A stretch of 32,000 nt of DNA from Fibrobacter succinogenes subsp. succinogenes S85 (GTDB lineage: Bacteria; Fibrobacterota; Fibrobacteria; Fibrobacterales; Fibrobacteraceae). Below, piece after piece: positions 25,446 to 30,554 of this stretch. The stretch lies in the NCBI RefSeq assembly GCF_000146505.1, contig NC_017448.1, positions 1,680,001-1,712,000 on the forward strand, written 5' to 3'. The notes under the pieces were generated by a model. That model had not been told where the DNA came from. It did not search any database and saw nothing but the letters and a program-made list of their open reading frames with translations. Position numbers and translations under genes: made by a program. Position 1 is the stretch's first letter. Each line of letters begins with the position of its first letter.

Positions 25446-25759
25446 TTGTTAGAATTTTCGTCGGAATCGCTAGCCGCATCTTCGCTAGACACATCATCGG
25501 AATCGCTGAGACCAGCCGCCTTGTAGGATTCTTCAATTTCTCGACGGCGACGGTCCGCTTTCTCTTTCTTGTTGATGAAAAAGTAAATGACGGCACCGAC
25601 CAAATACACGACAATGCCCGAATAGAAAATCGGGTTGATAGATTTTCCCTCAAGACCGGGGAAAACGTTCAAAATAATCTCGTGACCAAAAAGCGAAAGC
25701 AGCACCAAGATAAAACCGAGCGCCCTAAGCACATGAGTGACAATCACTATTTTTTGCAT
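25442..25759 (-). CDS. Small membrane protein (2 TM helices, charged/acidic Ser/Asp-rich cytoplasmic tail); first gene of the operon
   Basis: The 105-aa product has hydrophobic segments LRALGFILVLLSLFG and IFYSGIVVYLVGAVIYFFI, then KKEKADRRRREIEE...SDSDDVSSEDAASDSDENSNK. An AGAGG SD-like element lies upstream of the ATG at 25759. Confidence 0.6.
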   Translation of the reverse strand: MQKIVIVTHVLRALGFILVLLSLFGHEIILNVFPGLEGKSINPIFYSGIVVYLVGAVIYFFINKKEKADRRRREIEESYKAAGLSDSDDVSSEDAASDSDENSNK

Positions 25760-25880
25760 CGTAAACCTCTAAACGATGCCGTACAACCCGCACGGCATTC
25801 ACATTTTGAATATATGTATTTATAGATGAAAAAGGCGAGCTAAATCGCGAATATCGTGCGATTTTAAGCGATTTACACGC

Positions 25881-25913
25881 AAAAAAGGCCTTGCGGTGGG
25901 ATGCCACAGGGCC
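25881..25913 (-). terminator. Rho-independent terminator after the 174-aa lipoprotein gene, insulating it from the six-gene operon
   Basis: An 11-bp stem (25887-25897 pairs with 25903-25913, one mismatch and two G-U pairs), a 5-nt loop, then U6 on the minus strand (A-run 25881-25886). A second hairpin, TGCCTGC-TCGGGG-GCAGGCA, sits at 25953-25972. Confidence 0.75.
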
Positions 25914-25987
25914 TTCTTGTTATGATTCAGCTAAGAGGATTGATTAGGGAGGTGCCTGCTCGGGGGCAGGCATGACAAATTTTAGCG

Positions 25988-26512
25988 CTATTTTACTTTC
26001 ACGCAGCGGACGGAGGCGGCGATGGTCTTGTTGTAATGCTCGTACGTTACTTTGTCCTGTACGCGGACCATCACAGCGCGGGATTCGTCGAATGCATCAG
26101 CAGTCCAGAAGCTTGCACTCACGTTTTCGTCGGCGAACTTGCCATCGTAATAGCGGAAGCCATCCTTACCGATGTTGAGAGCCTTGAAATCAGCCTTTTC
26201 GAAGTCAGCCTGTTTAGGGAGTTCCCAGCCTGTGGGGCATGCGTCATTGGCGGATTTCCAGTCATAGAGGCGGCCATACTTTTTGCAGTTGTCGAGGTTA
26301 TTGCCGTAGCAGTAACTGGAATCAAAATTCAGAAGGTTGGCGTTTTCAGCCATCCACACGCGGCCACCCGTTTCGACGGTGGAATAGGTTTGGCCTTGGC
26401 ATTTGAGCGTCTTGGCGGATTCATCGTAATGACAGTTTTCAACTTTTTCGCATGCAGTAAATGCAATGGCGGCGACAAAAAGAGCCAATACGGCAACGAA
26501 CTTGAACTTCAT
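25988..26512 (-). CDS. Lipoprotein consisting of a Fibrobacter succinogenes major paralogous (FISUMP, TIGR02145-type) domain
   Basis: Lipobox AFTAC. Domain hallmarks are GRVWMAENANL, YGRLYDW..A..ACPTGWELP and the C-terminal SVRCVKVK. Confidence 0.85.
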   Translation of the reverse strand: MKFKFVAVLALFVAAIAFTACEKVENCHYDESAKTLKCQGQTYSTVETGGRVWMAENANLLNFDSSYCYGNNLDNCKKYGRLYDWKSANDACPTGWELPKQADFEKADFKALNIGKDGFRYYDGKFADENVSASFWTADAFDESRAVMVRVQDKVTYEHYNKTIAASVRCVKVK

Positions 26513-26663
26513 ATGTTCAATCTCCTTAAGATTGTTTTTTTGAATTTTTCAAGAGCTCTTTTTTTCGGCTCCAAATTTAGATGGAATTAGCCCTTTTGAC
26601 TAATACTTTCTTTCAATAAGATTCATAATTAAAAATTATGAATTAGGGTTTTTCTATAAGGAG

Positions 26664-27419
26664 CTAGCCTTTCACGTGAATTGCGGCGGCGAATTCTTTG
26701 AGAAGAGCCGGGTCATTGACTTTTTCCCAAAGGGTGCCGGTGACAATGATCTGGGCGCCAGCGGCAACGCGGACAGCCGCTGTCTGCGGGTCCTTGATTC
26801 CACCACCGGTGATAATCGTCATTTCGGTCGACTTGCGGGTGTAAGCGATATGTTCGACCGGCACAGGTTCTTCTGCACCGCTACCCGCTTCGAGGTAAAC
26901 GTAGCGCATGCCCATGAGTTCTGCAGCGATGGAGTTCACCATGCTGAGCTTCGGCTTGTTGGCTGGCACCGGCATCGTGTTACTGATGTATTCGACCGTC
27001 GTACGCTTGCCACTGTTGATGAGCTGGTAAGCCGTCGGGATGGCTTCCATGTTGAGCGCACGCACGAGGGCGCCACCGCGCACCTGTTCGTCAATGAGGT
27101 AGTTCGGATTGCGGCCGCTCACGAGCGTCATGAAAAGCATGGCATCAAAGCCAGGAACGACCTGAGAAGCGCCACCCGGGAAAAGAATCACCGGCAAGTC
27201 GACAGCGGCTTTGAGGGCAGCGACCTGTTTCGGGAGCGTGAAATTGCCGAGATAAGAACCTCCGACCAAAAGCAAGTCCGCGCCGTTTTCAGCCGCCATC
27301 GAGCCTGCCTTGACAAAGGCGGCCTCGTCCGAAGTATCCGGATCCAAGAGCACAGCAAAAAGTGCACCGCGCTTTTCGATATCAGCATTCAAACGGAGTT
27401 CAGTCTTACCAGGTTTCAT
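26664..27419 (-). CDS. Geranylgeranylglyceryl phosphate synthase family prenyltransferase (GGGPS / PcrB family)
   Basis: TIM-barrel GGGPS/PcrB signatures: FAVLLDPD, ADLLLVGGS, PVILFPGG, LVSGRNPNYLI, YVYLEAGSGA and ITGGGIKDPQTAAVRVAAGAQIIVTG. The 251-aa length fits the family. Confidence 0.85.
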   Translation of the reverse strand: MKPGKTELRLNADIEKRGALFAVLLDPDTSDEAAFVKAGSMAAENGADLLLVGGSYLGNFTLPKQVAALKAAVDLPVILFPGGASQVVPGFDAMLFMTLVSGRNPNYLIDEQVRGGALVRALNMEAIPTAYQLINSGKRTTVEYISNTMPVPANKPKLSMVNSIAAELMGMRYVYLEAGSGAEEPVPVEHIAYTRKSTEMTIITGGGIKDPQTAAVRVAAGAQIIVTGTLWEKVNDPALLKEFAAAIHVKG

Positions 27420-27559
27420 AACAATTCCTTTTAACGCACCATGTGCAATACAGAGTAAAGATACAATATTTCTTCAAGGAGATTCCCGGTCAAGCCGGGA
27501 ATGACGATACAAAAGCGAGTGCGTATGCCGACCCCGGAATAAATCCGGGGTGACTATTC

Positions 27560-27591
27560 AAAAAAAAGGAGACGGACCGAAGTCCGCCTCC
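27560..27591 (-). terminator. Strong Rho-independent terminator (UUCG tetraloop, U8) after the split FISUMP gene
   Basis: Minus strand: GGAGGCGGAC-UUCG-GUCCGUCUCC (10-bp stem with one mismatch, 27568-27591), followed by U8 (27560-27567). Confidence 0.85.
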
Positions 27592-27665
27592 CCTCTTTTC
27601 CTCCTCACATAGTAAGGGTATTAGAATCATCTGTAGTAACGCCCGTCATAATCGCCTCCTGCCCG

Positions 27666-29415
27666 TTAGTTTTTGACGCAGCGAACACTTATGCGTACAT
27701 CCGGATCATCAGACACATTGTAATCCATCGGCTTCCAGTTATCCATTGTAAGTACCCATACCGACCACGCACCTTTGTATTCCTGATCTAAAAATGTCAT
27801 ATACTCCACCGTAATATCGCCAAATCCAATCTGGTGCAAATACTGTGAGGCGTACCATCCAAAGCCCTCATAAACCTCAAATTGTTCCCTGCAATCCTGA
27901 GAATAACATTCACCACTTTCTTTTTCGGCAAAGTAAAATACTCGAGACCATTCCTTACGAGTCGGGATATGCCACCCATCCGGGCAAATACCCTGGAAAT
28001 GCCCATTATCCATTACAATCGAATCGCCACCAATGACGTCAGAAACAGCGTATCCCGCATAAGTTTCCCAATACGAGGAATCACGCGAATTGATGTATTC
28101 TTCAAATTCACCATCGCGGCCCTGATTTTTAACAAAGAAAGCCGAATCAATTTCCAAAACAGGCTGAACAAGCGAATCGCTATACCTCAGGTTTTCAGCA
28201 AACCAGGTATAAGTTGAACCCTCGAAACTGTACGTCACCGTATTATAGACTTTTCCATCGCGAGCATCCGTCATCGTCCCTTTCGTAACAGAGAAAGCCT
28301 CTTCAATTTCTTCCGGGGTATTCTTATCCAAAATAGTCCACGCGCCCGAAACACACGTAATATCCTTAAACAGCTTTGACTCGCACGGAAGTTCTACAGT
28401 ACGCCCTTCCGATTCCGCAGTACACGTCCCAAGTTCATAAAGGGTTGCCAAGAAACCATCCAAGAATGCGGGATTCCCTGGTCCGGATTTCATACGGACT
28501 CGGAACGAATACGCATTATCAGCGAAAAAGCCCCTTATCGAATCTACCGACGTAAACGTCCCTGACGACCCAAACACATCAGCAAGAATAATCGGTGAAT
28601 TTGTCCGTCTCCAATAAGACGTAAACGCATTCATATAAAGCATCGCAGTTTCATATTTAGAATATGCGGGATACCTACCTTTATCGAAATAAAAACTACC
28701 ATTAGGCAAGCCAAAAGCACTGAGAATTTCACGATCGGCCCTGTTGTTTTGCAGCCGCGAAGTCCATTCCTTGACGGACAAGATAACGCAAGCGAGCGGC
28801 CTCCAAATAAGTCATGATGTTGATATCAACGCCACCAGAATCCCGCACATCAACGATTATGCTATACGTTATCGGATACTCTCCCCAAATTTCATCATAG
28901 GCATCAAAAGACCATGTTCCGTCCCACGTCCAAGAACCATCTTCAACGTAAGGTGCGATTTCAAGCATGACATACGGGCTGTTCAGCGAAACGCTGTCAA
29001 AACGGAATTCGCCGTCATAACCGTTGCACTTGGCAAAATAAAACACGCCTGTCGTATCCAAAGTCACCGAATCCAATTCAGCCATTCTTATAATCGTACC
29101 TTCTTTCGCGGCTACACTCCACGTGTTCATGGCAGAACTATCAACGACTTCAGTACTTTCAACATTACGAGCTAGCATTTTTGCACCACCCGTCACGTTT
29201 ATATTCGGAAGCAAAGCTTCAACAGAGGGTTCCTCGGAAGAGCCTCCTAAATAGCTCGTTTCTTCAGTGGAACCGCCCATAGAGCAGCCTACAACCATCA
29301 CAGCGAAGAACGTAGCGATAGCAAAGTTCAAGATTATACTCAAGCCAGCAATCAGGAACAATCGCAAGTTTGTCTTTTTACAGACAAGTTGTCCGCAATT
29401 TTTTGAGTAATTCAT
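27666..29415 (-). pseudogene. FISUMP-domain lipoprotein gene interrupted by a 1-nt frameshift (fragments 28729-29415 and 27666-28781)
   Basis: The upstream fragment carries a lipoprotein signal (VMVVGCS) and ends ...RQGMDFAAAKQQGRS*. The downstream fragment has only a TTG 'start' and continues ...ADREILSAFG.... Joined, the two fragments are colinear with the intact paralog at 30555->32000 (...KFGMSFAEAKKQASKEVLESFG...). Removing one G from the GGG run (+ strand CCC, 28739-28741) restores the frame. The C-terminal part has CPDGWHIPT and SVRCVKN. Confidence 0.8.
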
Positions 29416-29424
29416 GATATCCTC

Positions 29425-30255
29425 CTAACCCTTTTTAACACTCTTTTTTGTCAACGGGAAAAACTGAACGTTCAGTCGGTAGACCTCGTCCGTTTCGTCA
29501 TCGCGCGTGGCAATCGCAATGATGCGCTTGCGGAATGCAGCGATTTCCTCAACAATTTCATCGTAAGCAGATTGCGTGATACCGAGCGTGAGGCCAGAAA
29601 AATGGCGTTGATCTTGCGGCACACCTTCAATAGTTTCAAGTGCGAACTCGCCCATCTGGCGATGCATTCCGCGAACAGCCACAGGAGTCACATCCATAGG
29701 TCCTGTCGTTACGGATTTTTCAGTTTGGACATAATTGCCGTTTTCGTCTTTTTGCAACAAGTTCGCCTTGATCAAGAAACTCAGCGATTCAGAGACTTCG
29801 GCGGCAGTGATTTCCGGGCGGCAGGCTTTGGCAAGCGCAAGCGGTTTTGCGCCAGGCATGGCAGGGGCTAGTTCACGGAGTACCGGATTTTTCCAGCTAT
29901 CAAAATAACGGAAGGAATCTCCCTCAAGGACTCTTACTTTATGGATGTCAGCGATAGCGAGCATTTTGTTGAAAATGGACTTTTTCTCTTCGTCCGTTTT
30001 CGCATGGTCGAACCTGACCATTTCGCAAAAGTAATCCTGTTCGTAATTTGCAAGGCCCATCGCAGATGCCACTTGACCTGCAGTTTCTTCGCTCAAGTTA
30101 GAGCGGCCTTCACTCACGTATTTTAGGAACACCGGCGACGAAAACCCTGCCGCCCGCGTAAAAGTTTGCCAAGTAAACGCGGATTTTGCCTTTTTCTCGG
30201 CGTAATAATCCGCGATGTACTGGTGATAGTTCGTGTACTCTAGTACATCCTTCAT
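29425..30255 (-). CDS. TIGR02147-family protein (second F. succinogenes paralogous family; DUF4423-like, probable N-terminal HTH)
   Basis: The family-typical N-terminus is YHQYIADYYAEKKAKSAFTWQTFTRAAGFSSPVFLKYVSEGRSNLSEE. A strong RBS, GTTAGGAGGATA, precedes it. The stop lies 9 nt upstream of the FISUMP lipoprotein start. Confidence 0.75.
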   Translation of the reverse strand: MKDVLEYTNYHQYIADYYAEKKAKSAFTWQTFTRAAGFSSPVFLKYVSEGRSNLSEETAGQVASAMGLANYEQDYFCEMVRFDHAKTDEEKKSIFNKMLAIADIHKVRVLEGDSFRYFDSWKNPVLRELAPAMPGAKPLALAKACRPEITAAEVSESLSFLIKANLLQKDENGNYVQTEKSVTTGPMDVTPVAVRGMHRQMGEFALETIEGVPQDQRHFSGLTLGITQSAYDEIVEEIAAFRKRIIAIATRDDETDEVYRLNVQFFPLTKKSVKKG

Positions 30256-30282
30256 CGTATCCTCCTAACACAAAACAGTGTC

Positions 30283-30311
30283 TTGACTTGTAAGCCCGCA
30301 CCGTTTACAAT
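30283..30311 (+). promoter_or_regulatory. Near-consensus sigma70-like promoter on the + strand with no obvious cargo (TTGACT - 17 nt - TACAAT)
   Basis: TTGACT at 30283-30288 and TACAAT at 30306-30311. It faces the minus-strand promoter above. Downstream there is only AT-rich spacer, then the antisense of the next gene. Confidence 0.3.
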
Positions 30312-30315
30312 TTGA

Positions 30316-30343
30316 AATATATACTAAAATTTCAAAAAGTCAA
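30316..30343 (-). promoter_or_regulatory. Sigma70-like promoter for the TIGR02147/FISUMP operon (TTGACT - 16 nt - TATATT on the minus strand)
   Basis: On the + strand, AGTCAA sits at 30338-30343 and AATATA at 30316-30321. This predicts a leader of about 50-55 nt ending in the AGGAGG RBS. Pattern match only. Confidence 0.45.
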
Positions 30344-30485
30344 TAGTTTTTGTGATATATAATTAGCGTTTTTAGAGAAATTTAGGCAGTTTTAAAATAT
30401 TTAACAAAAAAATTTAGAAATTTTAAGGATATAGACAAAATAATAAAACCAAGAAAATAATGGATTTTTCCGCCTTCGGCGTCAG

Positions 30486-30515
30486 AAAAAAGAAGGCGGG
30501 GCGAACCCCGTCTTC
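30486..30515 (-). terminator. Strong Rho-independent terminator (UUCG tetraloop) after the FISUMP gene at 30555
   Basis: Minus strand: GAAGACGGGG-UUCG-CCCCGCCUUC (10-bp stem, 30492-30515), followed by U6 (30486-30491). Confidence 0.85.
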
Positions 30516-30554
30516 CCTTTCCTCCTAACAAATAATTGTATTACGTTTTAAGAT

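Noticed and set aside
28729-28781. Programmed +1 ribosomal frameshift joining the two FISUMP fragments
   Set aside because: No slippery heptamer and no prfB-like CUU-UGA context with a properly spaced SD is visible (the sense strand reads CAA CAG GGC CGA TCG TGA A). A mutation or sequencing error in the GGG run is the simpler explanation. It cannot be fully excluded without data.
30310-30470. The very AT-rich ~160-nt block as a mobile-element scar or IS end
   Set aside because: It has no terminal inverted repeats, no direct-repeat flanks, and no transposase or integrase anywhere in the window. It looks like an ordinary AT-rich promoter and spacer region.
30461-30529. 22-codon + strand ORF (MDFSAFGVRKKKAGRTPSSLSS) downstream of the orphan + strand promoter
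   Set aside because: It spans the minus-strand terminator hairpin and has no convincing SD. It is most likely fortuitous.
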